In this document: one piece after another, positions 1-9,697 of the stretch | Position numbering within the stretch: position 1 is the stretch's first letter | How the letters are laid out: each line of letters starts with the position of its first letter | Assembly (NCBI GenBank): GCA_903861835.1 | Contig: CAIOVX010000011.1 | Coordinates: 66,122 to 130,121 of the forward strand | Origin: Candidatus Firestoneibacteriota bacterium | Lineage (GTDB): Bacteria; Oederibacteriota; D2-FULL-39-29; CAIOVX01 | DNA: 64,000 bases | Direction of reading: 5' to 3' | Translations under genes and position numbers: made by a program | Notes under the pieces: generated by a model | The model's input: only the letters and a program-made list of their open reading frames with translations | Database searches by the model: none | Told to the model about the DNA's origin: nothing

Positions 1-1
1 C

Positions 2-940
2 GGTTCCGCTGCAGTGAAAGTGAACAGAGCGCTTGAACTTTGCAAGGCTGATCTGGTTACGGATATGATAAGGGAGTTTCCGGAGCTTCAGGGTATTATG
101 GGGCGTGAATACGCGAAGGTTGACGGCGAGGATTCTGAAGTAGCCGCCGCTATAGCGGAGCATTATCTGCCCAAGTTCTCGGGTGACGCGCTTCCTCAAA
201 CGGTCACCGGCAGAGTTATAAGTATTCTTGACCGCATTGACACTATCAGCGGTTGTTTTGCCATCGGACTAGTTCCGACCGGTTCCCAGGATCCTTACGG
301 CTTGCGCAGAAGCACGCTGGGAGTAATAAACGAAATTTTAAAGTTCAATATGGGCCTTTCCGTGAAAGAGCTTGTCAGTGCTTCTCTTGAAACCTACGGG
401 AGCAAGGTGAAGGGATACGCCGGAAAGATAAGCGGTGATATTCTTGAGTTCTTCAAGGGCAGGATGGATGTTATACTGCGCGAGAAAGGCCTGCGCTATG
501 ACCTCGTGAACGCAGTGCTTGCCACCGATTGCAGTAATATCACGGAGGCCTTTAAGCGGGCTGAAATTCTTGACTCGCTCGCTAAATCAGAGGGCTTCAG
601 CAACACAATTGTGACTTTCTCAAGGGTTATAAATATCATACCGAAAGAAGGAAAGCTGTCCACCGTCAAAGCTGATCTTCTAAAGGATGACTCTGAGAAA
701 AAGTTATTTGAATCCGCTTTAGCATCCGGGAAGGAGTTCGAGGTCTTGACGGTTGGCGGAAAATACGCCGAAGCTTTTGCGCTGCTTACAAAACTTACTC
801 CGGCGATTGACGCTTTCTTTACCGGCGTAATGGTTATGGATAAGGACCCCGAAGTCAAGGCGAACCGCCTTGCCCTGCTCGCGCTCATAAGTTCCATGTT
901 TCTGCAGTTGGGCGATTTCTCCAAGATAAATACCAAGTAA
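2..940 (+). CDS. glyS: Glycine--tRNA ligase beta subunit, C-terminal part (5' truncated by window edge)
   Basis: KADLVTDMIREFPELQGIMG, PTGSQDPYGLRR and FFTGVMVMDKDPEVKANRLALL motifs; frame open from position 2. Confidence 0.95.
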   Translation, partial: GSAAVKVNRALELCKADLVTDMIREFPELQGIMGREYAKVDGEDSEVAAAIAEHYLPKFSGDALPQTVTGRVISILDRIDTISGCFAIGLVPTGSQDPYGLRRSTLGVINEILKFNMGLSVKELVSASLETYGSKVKGYAGKISGDILEFFKGRMDVILREKGLRYDLVNAVLATDCSNITEAFKRAEILDSLAKSEGFSNTIVTFSRVINIIPKEGKLSTVKADLLKDDSEKKLFESALASGKEFEVLTVGGKYAEAFALLTKLTPAIDAFFTGVMVMDKDPEVKANRLALLALISSMFLQLGDFSKINTK

Positions 941-952
941 AATACCGGAGTG

Positions 953-961
953 TGCTATACT
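953..961 (+). promoter_or_regulatory. Extended -10 promoter, probably leaderless transcript
   Basis: TGcTATACT ends 6 nt before the ATG at 968. Confidence 0.5.
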
Positions 962-967
962 TAACCG

Positions 968-1213
968 ATGAAAATTCAATTTGACCATCCATACGTAAAG
1001 CTTGCCACTCTGAAGGCGGTCGAGCGTTACGGAACTACCACAAACATCGAGGCTAATGAACAGCTCTTGAAAAAGTTCGGCAAAACTATCTGGAGAAAAA
1101 AACAGATAGCGGCTATCCATAAGGCGTTCGGCGTTAATTTCGACAAAAACGATATAACGATGAACCTTGCGGCGGCTCTTGCGGCCCTCGAAATATTGAA
1201 AAAGGAAAAATAA
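968..1213 (+). CDS. Hypothetical protein (81 aa)
   Basis: ORF fills the gap between glyS and the HAD gene, promoter directly upstream; no family recognised. Confidence 0.6.
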   Translation: MKIQFDHPYVKLATLKAVERYGTTTNIEANEQLLKKFGKTIWRKKQIAAIHKAFGVNFDKNDITMNLAAALAALEILKKEK

Positions 1214-1219
1214 CCGCTG

Positions 1220-1900
1220 ATGAAATTGGTGATATTTGATGTCGATAATACCCTCACAAATACAGGCCGTACCGATCAGGATTGTTTCCTGCAGGCAGTC
1301 TCTTATGTCTTCAATGTCAAAGAAATTGACACCGACTGGTCCCACTACAAGAATGTAACGGCAATAGCCATTCTTGATCAGATACTGCGCACAAAATCCG
1401 GAAAGCCTCCCAGAAAGAGAGAAGTCTCTGATATGCGCGATGCTTTTCTGTTAAACCTGAAAGAGAGATCAAAGAAAAGACCTGCCGAGTTTGCAGAAGT
1501 TCCCGGTGCGGCGCAGATGATGACAGAACTTATGAAGAAAGGCGATTACGCCACGGCTATAGCCACCGGCAGTTTTGCGGACGGCGCGGCTTTCAAACTT
1601 GAATTCGCGAAAATTCCCTACAAGAAATACTGTATCGCTTCCGGCGCGGAATGTTTTACCAGGGAAGAGTTGATAGATATAGCCGTGACCAAGGCAAAGT
1701 CCGTTTACGGCGTGGCAAACTTCGAAAAAGTTGTCTCTGTCGGCGACGGTATCTGGGACCTTAAGACGGCCGCAAATATCGGTATGCCTTTCATCGGCGT
1801 GGGCAATAAGAGTCTGATGGAGAGCAACGGCGTGAAGTACTGGGTAAACGACTTCCGCGATCTGCCTGGTTTCTTCAATCTGCTTTCAACCGCAGTTTAA
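1220..1900 (+). CDS. HAD-superfamily hydrolase
   Basis: Motif I FDVDNTL, motif II ATG, motif IV VGDGIWD. Confidence 0.9.
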   Translation: MKLVIFDVDNTLTNTGRTDQDCFLQAVSYVFNVKEIDTDWSHYKNVTAIAILDQILRTKSGKPPRKREVSDMRDAFLLNLKERSKKRPAEFAEVPGAAQMMTELMKKGDYATAIATGSFADGAAFKLEFAKIPYKKYCIASGAECFTREELIDIAVTKAKSVYGVANFEKVVSVGDGIWDLKTAANIGMPFIGVGNKSLMESNGVKYWVNDFRDLPGFFNLLSTAV

Positions 1901-1934
1901 AATACCTAAGTTCTAAAATCTCGGGGCCGCTAAA

Positions 1935-2858
1935 GTGCCGTTAACGGAAAGAAACATCAGGAAAGGAAAGTTATTTGGCATTTTTGCGGCTCTGACGTGG
2001 GTCACAATCTGGCCGCTTTCGAAGCTAATAACCACTAATTACTCTTCCATAAACCCGTTTTTCATAGCATTCGCCAGGTTCTTTTTCGCGGCCATAGCGA
2101 TATTTTGTATCTTTCTGATAAAGAGAGAAAGAGACTTCCTTTTAACGGTAAAAAACCACTGGCGGCTTGCCCTGCTTCTAGGTTTTTTTGGCATTTTTGG
2201 CATGGGTTCGTTCGTGGTTTTCTCAATAAAGTATACAAGTTCTGTCAATTCCGCTCTGCTGATGAATTCGAACGCCATGTTCATAATAGTATTCTCTCTC
2301 TTCATAGGGGAGAAGATTACGCCAGCCAAAGGAATCGGCGCGCTTCTCGGGGCTTTCGGCTGCTACCTGATACTTAATAATGGGTTTGCCTTCAAATTGT
2401 TTTCCAGCACAACCATGTTTGGAGATTTGCTCGCTATGGGGGCGTCTGTTTGCTGGGCTTTTTATACGGTCGTGGGCAGGGCGAAGGTGAAAAATATAAA
2501 TCCAATCCATATTTCCGCTCTGAATTTTTTCTTTGGCTCGCTGATGATCCTGGCGCTCACCTTCATACTTGGAATCCCCGCAACAGGTATATTTCAACCG
2601 GTGCCATTTTTAACTATGCTTTACATCGGCCTGGTACCAACTGCTATTGGTTTTACCATTTGGTATTACGCGCTGGAGCATGTTGAAGCAGGCACGCTCG
2701 GGATGTACCAGTTCCTGGTGCCTCTTTTAACAGCCATCATAGGTGTCTTATTTCTCAAAGAAACTTTCACGGTCTTTACTTTTATCGGAATGGTTGCAAT
2801 ACTTGGAGGGGTTATTCTTACCGGAGTTATCGGTGGTGAAAAGCCTGCCGGTGATTAG
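1935..2858 (+). CDS. DMT/EamA family transporter
   Basis: About 10 hydrophobic segments in two EamA repeats; FARF, GEKIT, GDLLA, LKETFT. Confidence 0.9.
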   Translation: MPLTERNIRKGKLFGIFAALTWVTIWPLSKLITTNYSSINPFFIAFARFFFAAIAIFCIFLIKRERDFLLTVKNHWRLALLLGFFGIFGMGSFVVFSIKYTSSVNSALLMNSNAMFIIVFSLFIGEKITPAKGIGALLGAFGCYLILNNGFAFKLFSSTTMFGDLLAMGASVCWAFYTVVGRAKVKNINPIHISALNFFFGSLMILALTFILGIPATGIFQPVPFLTMLYIGLVPTAIGFTIWYYALEHVEAGTLGMYQFLVPLLTAIIGVLFLKETFTVFTFIGMVAILGGVILTGVIGGEKPAGD

Positions 2859-2868
2859 GGATATAATG

Positions 2869-2896
2869 AAAAGGCCCCGGTCTCCCGGGGCCTTTT
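2869..2896. terminator. Bidirectional intrinsic terminator
   Basis: AAAAGGCCCCGG-TCTC-CCGGGGCCTTTT between convergent genes. Confidence 0.85.
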
Positions 2897-2938
2897 GTTT
2901 ACGTTAAGAACGTTAAGAACGTTACAAACGTTATGAAC
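2897..2938 (-). repeat. 9-bp tandem repeat (GTTyDTAAC family) after the fba stop
   Basis: Minus strand GTTCATAAC GTTTGTAAC GTTCTTAAC GTTCTTAAC GTAAAC. Confidence 0.9.
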
Positions 2939-2940
2939 GC

Positions 2941-3849
2941 TTACTCGTGATGTTTAATCTCCGAAGCCGTTATCCCGCTCTTCGCTCCTGCTATAATCCC
3001 CTTTCCTTTGCAGCCGAAGTAGCCGATGTATTCCCTTACTCTGTCCTTCACCGCGTTCTTGCCTGGGAGGAGGATCTTTCTCATATCTTTTTCCGCAGGG
3101 TTCTTGTTGTAGGTCGCGCCGACTGCTTCAACGAAGGAGACGGAAAGCTGGGTCGCCACATTGATCTTGCAGAGCCCGTTCGCGATTCCTTCTATTATGG
3201 AAGCAGGGTCAACGCCTGAAGAGCCGTGAAGCACCAGGGGAATATTTACGACCTGGCGAATTCTCTTAAGTCTCGGTATGTCAAGCTTCGCGGTCCTGTC
3301 CTTCATTGCATGGACTGAGCCGATCGCGACTGCGAGGGAGTCTATCTTGGTGAGTTCTATGAATTTTACCGCTTCATCCGGCTGGGTCATGGCTTTCTCG
3401 ACCTGTTCAGGTGAAACCTTATCGGCTGACTGGAGTACTTTGCCGAGTTCCGCTTCTACAGGGATGCCGCAGGCGTGGGCCATTTCCGTGATTTTCGCTG
3501 TCATCCTTACGTTCTCTTCGAAAGAGAGCGCTGAGCCGTCGAACATAAGCGATGTGAAGCCGGCCCTTAAACACCTTACGTTCTGGAGATAGTCCGTGCC
3601 GTGGTCAAGGTGAAGGATCACCGGGACCGACGCAAGTTCCGCGGCCGCTTTTACTATTGCGGTCGACATTTCAAGGCCTGCGTACTTTATCGCGCCCTGG
3701 CTGACCTGGATGATTACAGGCGCTTTTTCTTCTTCCGCGGTCTCTATGATAGCTTCCACGAACTCCATATTGTTCGCGTTAAACGCGCCGATAGCGAATT
3801 TCTCCGCTTGCGCTTTGAGCAACCATTCCTTACTGTTTACTAACGGCAT
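2941..3849 (-). CDS. fba: Class II fructose-bisphosphate aldolase
   Basis: HLDHG, VEAELG, IGSVHA, PLVLHGSSG, KINVAT; AGGAGG RBS. Confidence 0.92.
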   Translation of the reverse strand: MPLVNSKEWLLKAQAEKFAIGAFNANNMEFVEAIIETAEEEKAPVIIQVSQGAIKYAGLEMSTAIVKAAAELASVPVILHLDHGTDYLQNVRCLRAGFTSLMFDGSALSFEENVRMTAKITEMAHACGIPVEAELGKVLQSADKVSPEQVEKAMTQPDEAVKFIELTKIDSLAVAIGSVHAMKDRTAKLDIPRLKRIRQVVNIPLVLHGSSGVDPASIIEGIANGLCKINVATQLSVSFVEAVGATYNKNPAEKDMRKILLPGKNAVKDRVREYIGYFGCKGKGIIAGAKSGITASEIKHHE

Positions 3850-3890
3850 ACTTGCCTCCTGAAAAAGAATTTAGATACCTTAGTTTGGCC

Positions 3891-3918
3891 AAAAAAAAGC
3901 CCCCTTTCGGAGGCTTTT
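3891..3918 (-). terminator. Intrinsic terminator after ndk
   Basis: Minus strand AAAAGCCTCC-GAAA-GGGGGC-TTTTTTTT. Confidence 0.8.
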
Positions 3919-3949
3919 GTTCGCTGTTTGAAGAACAGAAAAGTTAAGC

Positions 3950-4453
3950 CTACGCCCAGACCTTCATCGTGACTTCCTTAAAAGCAGCCACTTTGGAGGG
4001 ATAAACATCTACTATGACGTCTTCGGGTTTAAACCAGAGCTTTATTTCGCGTTCCGCGTCTGTTTCGTCGGAAGAAGCGTGAATGACATTTTCGAAAACG
4101 CCGGTTGTGGTAATCCTGCCGTAAGCTCCCCTGATGGATACCGGGTCTGCTTCTTCCGGATTGGTAGCTCCGGCAATTTCTCTGACTTTCTTGATGGCAT
4201 CCTTGCCCCAATAAACCATAGCGAGCACTTTGTGTCTGTCGTGATACTCGCCAAGGAGGTATTTGATAACATCTTCAAAGAAAGGTTTTTCTTTGAGATG
4301 CCGGTAGTGTTCCACCGCGAGAGCTCTGTCGACCTTAACCACTTTTGCGGCGATAATCTCGAGTTTTGTTTCTGAAAGCCTCGTTAGGATGTTCCCTGTC
4401 AGGGATTTCTTTAGTCCGTCAGGTTTTACTATTACAAGGGTTGATTGGCTCAT
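3950..4453 (-). CDS. ndk: Nucleoside-diphosphate kinase
   Basis: TLVIVKPDG, HYRHLKEKPFF, GATNP, SIRG, NVIHASS. Confidence 0.95.
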   Translation of the reverse strand: MSQSTLVIVKPDGLKKSLTGNILTRLSETKLEIIAAKVVKVDRALAVEHYRHLKEKPFFEDVIKYLLGEYHDRHKVLAMVYWGKDAIKKVREIAGATNPEEADPVSIRGAYGRITTTGVFENVIHASSDETDAEREIKLWFKPEDVIVDVYPSKVAAFKEVTMKVWA

Positions 4454-4583
4454 AGGTTAATCTTATAACATACGGATTTTCCTAAGTCAACGGGAAATCT
4501 GCCGAGCGGGCAAGCTAATATTTTTCGTTGACTTTACCGCCTGGAAGTAATACTTTTGTTATATAGCAAAACGGAGGCTGTTT

Positions 4584-4865
4584 ATGAATATTGTCCACGT
4601 TGCCGGTGAGAATAAAGGAAAGGTGATGATTTACGCTCTTTCCACCTGCATTTGGTGCCGCAAGACGAAACAGCTTCTGAAAGACAAGAAAGTCTCTTTT
4701 GACTATTGCGATGTTGATCTTGAAGAAGGCGCTGAGAAAGAGGCCGCCCAGCAGGCCATCAAGAAGTGGAATCCCTCGGTCTCTTTTCCCACACTTGTTA
4801 TTGACAATAAGGATGCCGTGCTTGGCTATCAGCCTGATGAGATTAAGGAGAAACTCGGGCTATGA
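4584..4865 (+). CDS. Glutaredoxin/NrdH-like redoxin
   Basis: CIWC active site, SFPTLVID cis-Pro motif; GGAGG RBS. Confidence 0.9.
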   Translation: MNIVHVAGENKGKVMIYALSTCIWCRKTKQLLKDKKVSFDYCDVDLEEGAEKEAAQQAIKKWNPSVSFPTLVIDNKDAVLGYQPDEIKEKLGL

Positions 4866-5377
4866 TAGATGTAAAAAAGGCCCTTGCGGCTGAAGTAGAG
4901 AGAGTCTATCCGAAAATTAAAAAAGATGCCGAGGCCGGAGGCTATCACTTAAATCCTGATGTGCAGTTTGCCAAGGATCTCATCCTCGGTCTGCTGGTAA
5001 ATGAAAAGAGATATGGCTACTGGGCCTGTCCGTGCCGGCTTGCTTCAGGCATCAAGAATGAAGACCTTGATATAATCTGCCCCTGTGATTACCGCGACGC
5101 GGACCTGGCGGCTCACGAAGCTTGCTATTGCGCTCTTTATGTCTCCGCCAGAATAGGCGCCGGTAAAGAAGCGGCGGAAGCTATCCCGGACAGAAGGCCG
5201 CCGAAAGAAGATCGTGACGAGATGAAGACGAAAGCAAGGACCGAAAGAGTAAGACGGCTTCCCACCTTGCCGATATGGCGCTGCAAGGTATGCGGCTATC
5301 TATGCGCCCGGGAAGACCCACCCGATATCTGTCCGATATGCAAGGCCGGAAAAGATCGGTTCGAGGTCTTTGCCTGA
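4862..5377 (+). CDS. Ferredoxin-thioredoxin reductase catalytic domain with C-terminal rubredoxin (FDR-like)
   Basis: CPC, CPC, CYC motifs followed by WRCKVCGY...CPIC. Confidence 0.9.
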   Translation: MIDVKKALAAEVERVYPKIKKDAEAGGYHLNPDVQFAKDLILGLLVNEKRYGYWACPCRLASGIKNEDLDIICPCDYRDADLAAHEACYCALYVSARIGAGKEAAEAIPDRRPPKEDRDEMKTKARTERVRRLPTLPIWRCKVCGYLCAREDPPDICPICKAGKDRFEVFA

Positions 5378-5378
5378 T

Positions 5379-5543
5379 ATGAATAAATCGGAATTTTGCT
5401 CAGAGTGCTGGTGTTGCAGGAAGGCTCGCGAGAAACCGGGAAGTTTCTGGCACGGCTTTGTAAGATTTATCTACCATACCCTCTGGTGTCCTTACTGCAA
5501 GGCTTACGAAAAGGAAACCGGCAAGAAACCCTACGGGAACTAA
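5379..5543 (+). CDS. Small Cys-rich protein (54 aa), below the ORF-track cutoff
   Basis: Hand translation MNKSEFCSECWCCRKAREKPGSFWHGFVRFIYHTLWCPYCKAYEKETGKKPYGN; ATG 1 nt after the FTR stop. Confidence 0.7.
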   Translation: MNKSEFCSECWCCRKAREKPGSFWHGFVRFIYHTLWCPYCKAYEKETGKKPYGN

Positions 5544-5601
5544 ACTTCAGCGGCAGGAAACAGGTTAATTGGTTTCGCCCTGATAAATCATGGAGGAAGG
5601 C

Positions 5602-7308
5602 ATGGCGGCTTTGGAAAAGGTACTGAATAAGAGCGACAAAAGCAATTCGTTGTTTGAGGCGGAGATACGGAAGATAAAAATTCCTATCTGCAAGAAATTC
5701 TTGAAAGGCGGAAAAATCTCGGCGGTTGATTTTAAGGCTTCAAAGAATTCAGTTTCCTCAAAGGACTCCACTAAAGTCTTTGCGAGTTTCCCGAACCTCA
5801 GGGAGACCGCTTCAAAAGTAATGCAGGGCGTGCGCGGCGGTAAAGTCCCTAAACTAAAAGGCAAGAGGATTGCCGTGCTCTTCTCAGGCGGACCTGCGGC
5901 CGGCGGGCATAATGTGGTCGCCGGGCTCTTTGATATGCTCACGGCTTCCAAATGCACGCTGCTCGGTGTTAAGGCCGGGCCAAAAGGGCTTATTAACGGG
6001 GAACTATTTGCGGTAAAAGCGGAAGACATAAAGAGAATAAAGAATACCGGAGGCTTTGATTATCTCGGTTCGGACAGGACAAAGATAAAGACAGAAGAGC
6101 AGTTCTCCGCGGTAAAGAAGACCTGCGTGGACAACAAACTTGACGCTATTGTTGTGGTGGGCGGAGACGATTCCAATACCAATGCTGCTGTTCTCGCGGA
6201 GTATCTCTTTAAGGGAGTCAAACCGGACGGCTCCGGCGTTCAGGTGATAGGCGTTCCCAAGACCATTGACGGGGATCTGCAGATAGGGAAATACCTGCCC
6301 ATATCTTTTGGATTTGACACTGCGACCAAGATCTTCGCCGAGATGGTGGGCAATATTCTTCAGGATACACCGTCCTCCAGAAAGTACTGGCATTTTATAA
6401 AACTGATGGGACGCGCTGCCAGCCACGTTGCTCTTGAGGTGGCGCTCCAGACAAAACCCGCGATAGCTCTTATCTCGGAAGAGGTCGCGGAAAAAAAGAT
6501 GGCTCTTGCGGATATAGTAAAGCAGATAGGCGACACCGTTATCAGCCGCGCCGGAAACAAAATGAATTATGGCGTGGTGGTCGTTCCGGAAGGGTTGATT
6601 GAATTTATTCCGGAAATGAACCTGCTGATTCACGAGCTTAATCATATTGTAGCGAGACACGAGAAAGAGACTGCGGAACTGGAACTTGCAAAGAAGATAG
6701 AGTTTGTGAGGGCAAAACTTTCCGAAGAGCACAGCAGTCTCTTCGCGAGCCTGCCGCATTACATCCAGGAGATGCTGCTCTTTGACCGCGATTCCCACGG
6801 TAACCTGCAGGTCTCTCAGATTCCGACAGAAAAGCTGCTTATTGATATGGTGAAGAAGTACGTGAAGAAAAGTGCACCTGAGACGAAATTCTCCACGCTA
6901 AACCATTTCTTCGGCTATGAAGGCAGATGCGGCGCGCCCTCGCTCTTTGACGCGGCCTATTGCTATAACCTGGGCCTTACGGCAGGAGCGGCCATTGTTA
7001 ACGGTATGACCGGTTACATTGTATCTTTCACGCAGTTAGACAAAGGAGGAGAGATCCTTGCGATCCCTCTTGTCGGCCTTTTAAACATCGAGATGAGGCA
7101 CGGCAAGGAAGAGATGGTGATAGAAAAAGCGCTTGTTAAGACTGATTCTCCTGCCTTCAGGTACTTTGCGGCTAACAGGGCAAGGTGGGGTGAAAAAGAC
7201 CTCTTTACTTCTCCAGGTCCGCGCCAGCTCTGGGGGCCTGTCTCCAACCAAATGCCGATGACAGTCGCGCTGAATCAGGGGTATGGGAAATTAGGGTTTA
7301 AAATTTAA
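5602..7308 (+). CDS. pfp: Pyrophosphate-dependent phosphofructokinase (long clade)
   Basis: SGGPAAGGHNV, GGDDSNT, PKTIDGDL, MGRAASHVALE, FGYEGR; start moved to the ATG after GGAGG (track start 5590). Confidence 0.92.
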   Translation: MAALEKVLNKSDKSNSLFEAEIRKIKIPICKKFLKGGKISAVDFKASKNSVSSKDSTKVFASFPNLRETASKVMQGVRGGKVPKLKGKRIAVLFSGGPAAGGHNVVAGLFDMLTASKCTLLGVKAGPKGLINGELFAVKAEDIKRIKNTGGFDYLGSDRTKIKTEEQFSAVKKTCVDNKLDAIVVVGGDDSNTNAAVLAEYLFKGVKPDGSGVQVIGVPKTIDGDLQIGKYLPISFGFDTATKIFAEMVGNILQDTPSSRKYWHFIKLMGRAASHVALEVALQTKPAIALISEEVAEKKMALADIVKQIGDTVISRAGNKMNYGVVVVPEGLIEFIPEMNLLIHELNHIVARHEKETAELELAKKIEFVRAKLSEEHSSLFASLPHYIQEMLLFDRDSHGNLQVSQIPTEKLLIDMVKKYVKKSAPETKFSTLNHFFGYEGRCGAPSLFDAAYCYNLGLTAGAAIVNGMTGYIVSFTQLDKGGEILAIPLVGLLNIEMRHGKEEMVIEKALVKTDSPAFRYFAANRARWGEKDLFTSPGPRQLWGPVSNQMPMTVALNQGYGKLGFKI

Positions 7309-7316
7309 ATATATCC

Positions 7317-7425
7317 GTTCATAACGTTTGTAAGATTTATAACGTAAACCGGAAAGACTTAAAAAAAAGGCCTGAGAAATCAGGCCTTTTCGTTTTGAGT
7401 TGTAAACGTTAAGAACGTTACAAAC
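7317..7425. repeat. Two 9-bp repeat tracts (7317-7349 on +, 7402-7425 on -) flanking the terminator
   Basis: GTTCATAAC GTTTGTAAG ATTTATAAC GTAAAC after the pfp stop; GTTTGTAAC GTTCTTAAC GTTTAC after the helicase stop. Confidence 0.85.
7361..7390. terminator. Bidirectional intrinsic terminator
   Basis: AAAAAAAAGGCCTGA-GAAA-TCAGGCCTTTT. Confidence 0.85.
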
Positions 7426-7434
7426 GAGATTTAA

Positions 7435-8718
7435 TTAATGTTTACTCTGGTATAAAATCTTAATCCCCGGCCCGGTATAAATATCCGAATCCTTTACTTC
7501 GGCTTTAGGCTGTCCGGGACGCGCGCCTTTAAGACCGCGCTTCCTGCCGCCCCACGAGCTTCCCGCGGAAATAGTTGAGGATAGTTTTTCCGAAGGGTAA
7601 ATAGGATGCGAAGCGAGAGGTATGGACGCGTTTATTATTTTCTCAATGCTTTTTACGTCGGCGCCCTGATCCGGAGTGGCAAGCGTAATGGCGTGTCCTT
7701 TCCTGCCGGCTCTTCCGGTCCTGCCTATGCGGTGTACATAATTTTCGGGATCATCCGGTATTTCGTAATTTATCACCAGTTCAATATCGGTAACATCAAT
7801 GCCGCGAGCGGCTATATCTGTTGCCGCGAGTATTCTGTATTTCCCTGATTTAAACCCGTCGAGCGCCTCTTTCCTCTGGGACTGGGTCCTGTCGGAATGA
7901 ATCTCTGAGGCCTTGTGGCCGAGCTGGCGGAGGGTTGAAGTTATTTTTGCGGCGGCTCTCTTGGTCCTGGTGAAAAGCAGAACCGAACCTTTATATTCAT
8001 TTAAGAGTTCGTTCAGCAATTTGTTCTTAAACTCCTTGCTGACTACGAAAAGTTCCTGAGTGACAGTCTCCGCTGCGGTGCCCGAAGGAGCTATCTCCGT
8101 GCGGACCGGCAGCTGCATGTACCTTCTCGCGATATCCACTATTCCAAACGGCATTGTTGCCGAGAAGAGCATAGTCTGTCTTTCTTTGGGGATTAATCTG
8201 ATGATCCTCTCAATCTGAGGCAGGAAACCCATATCGAGCATTCTGTCTGCTTCGTCGAGAACAAGGACCTCAACATTTTTCAGATTGACTGATTTTCTTT
8301 CAAGGTGATCATTTAACCTGCCGGGAGTCGCGATGATAATTTGAGGGTTGTGAGCGAGAGCCTCGTTCTGCCCAAACATGGAAACGCCGCCGATAAGCAC
8401 GGCAGTCTTCATTTTGAAGAGCGGGGCAAGTTTCTGAAAGGACTCTTCAACCTGGATGGCCAATTCCCTTGTCGGCACAAGCACCAGTCCGCGTCCTTTG
8501 CCGTTCGCAAGACGCTGTATCATTGGGATTGCAAAAGCAAGGGTTTTACCGGTGCCTGTTTGCGCTATGCCGATAATGTCTTTCCCTGCTATGGCCTGGG
8601 GGATTGCTTTGCTCTGGATTGGGGTCGGAACCTTGAAGTTTAACTTTTCGAGAGCATCAAAAATGCCCGGCGCTATGCCGAGCCCGTAAAAACTATCCTT
8701 TTCATTTTCCATAGGCAT
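7435..8718 (-). CDS. DEAD-box RNA helicase (RhlE-like)
   Basis: PTPIQ, AQTGTGKT, PTRELA, DEAD, SAT, HRIGRTGRAG; true start may be 8712. Confidence 0.95.
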   Translation of the reverse strand: MPMENEKDSFYGLGIAPGIFDALEKLNFKVPTPIQSKAIPQAIAGKDIIGIAQTGTGKTLAFAIPMIQRLANGKGRGLVLVPTRELAIQVEESFQKLAPLFKMKTAVLIGGVSMFGQNEALAHNPQIIIATPGRLNDHLERKSVNLKNVEVLVLDEADRMLDMGFLPQIERIIRLIPKERQTMLFSATMPFGIVDIARRYMQLPVRTEIAPSGTAAETVTQELFVVSKEFKNKLLNELLNEYKGSVLLFTRTKRAAAKITSTLRQLGHKASEIHSDRTQSQRKEALDGFKSGKYRILAATDIAARGIDVTDIELVINYEIPDDPENYVHRIGRTGRAGRKGHAITLATPDQGADVKSIEKIINASIPLASHPIYPSEKLSSTISAGSSWGGRKRGLKGARPGQPKAEVKDSDIYTGPGIKILYQSKH

Positions 8719-8800
8719 AGAATAACATTATTTAGGCGAAAAATAAAGGAATTAAAAGGATTAATGGCAGTAATCCTGTAAGAATTCGATGGGTTTTTGC

Positions 8801-8829
8801 TTGATTTTAAACGCCTAAAATGATAAAAT
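8801..8829 (+). promoter_or_regulatory. Sigma70-type promoter of nuoJ-N
   Basis: TTGATT-17 nt-TAAAAT with extended TG. Confidence 0.55.
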
Positions 8830-8893
8830 CCCTAATCTTTATTAGCCTTTTTCACCCGGAAGATTCCGGAAAACCTTGTTGACGTGAGGGAAA

Positions 8894-9382
8894 ATGCTGC
8901 TTCTATTGCTCTTTGCCGCAATCGCTATAATAGCCGCGATTCTGGTAGTTTCAATGAAGAACATAATGCATTGCGCGCTCTTTCTCGCGCTCTTTCTGCT
9001 AAGTGTAGCAGGGATATTCTTCTGTCTTGACGCTGATTTCCTCGGCATAGTGCAGATACTTGTCTATGTCGGCGGAATAATCGTGCTTATACTCTTCGCA
9101 GTGATGCTCACTTCAAGGGTTTCAAGCGCTCTTTTGGAGCAGACTAACGAGCAGAAAGGCCTTGCCATAACTGCCTGCCTGCTTTTGGCCTCGGCGATAA
9201 CGGCCGCAGCATTCAGGACGCCCCTGGTAACCTCTTTTTATACTGCTGATCCGGAAGGAACCACGCGTTCCACGGGCGAGCTTCTGCTTACGGTTTACGC
9301 GCTTCCTTTTGAGATAGCTTCTGTTGTGCTTCTGGTAGCTCTTATCGGCGCAATTGTTCTTGCCGGCAAGAAGGGAGAGTAA
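8894..9382 (+). CDS. nuoJ: NADH-quinone oxidoreductase subunit J
   Basis: QILVYVGGIIVLILFAVML, PFEIASVVLLVALIGAIVL. Confidence 0.93.
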   Translation: MLLLLLFAAIAIIAAILVVSMKNIMHCALFLALFLLSVAGIFFCLDADFLGIVQILVYVGGIIVLILFAVMLTSRVSSALLEQTNEQKGLAITACLLLASAITAAAFRTPLVTSFYTADPEGTTRSTGELLLTVYALPFEIASVVLLVALIGAIVLAGKKGE

Positions 9383-9385
9383 GGC

Positions 9386-9691
9386 ATGATGCTTTTGCCC
9401 TTCATAGGCCTCTCGGCGATAATCTTCGCGATAGGCATTTACGGCGCGCTCACCAGAAGGAACGCCATAGGCATTCTTATGTCGCTGGAACTTATGTTTA
9501 ACGCCGCGAACATAAATCTAGTGGCCGCCAATAAATTCCTTAACCTTGAAAACAGCATCGGAATAATCTTCCCGATATTTATTATCACCATTGCCGCCGC
9601 GGAAGCCGCGGTAGGCCTCGCGATCATTCTTTCCCTTTACCGTCAAATAAAGACGGTCTATGTCGAGAAGATCAATATAATGAAATGGTAG
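9386..9691 (+). CDS. nuoK: NADH-quinone oxidoreductase subunit K
   Basis: RRNAIGILMSLELMFNAAN, AAAEAAVGLAI. Confidence 0.95.
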   Translation: MMLLPFIGLSAIIFAIGIYGALTRRNAIGILMSLELMFNAANINLVAANKFLNLENSIGIIFPIFIITIAAAEAAVGLAIILSLYRQIKTVYVEKINIMKW

Positions 9692-9697
9692 GGTGAC

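Noticed and set aside
5396..5626. 76-aa ORF from the track
   Set aside because: The alternative frame 5379-5543 has an ATG coupled to the upstream stop and a coherent Cys pattern
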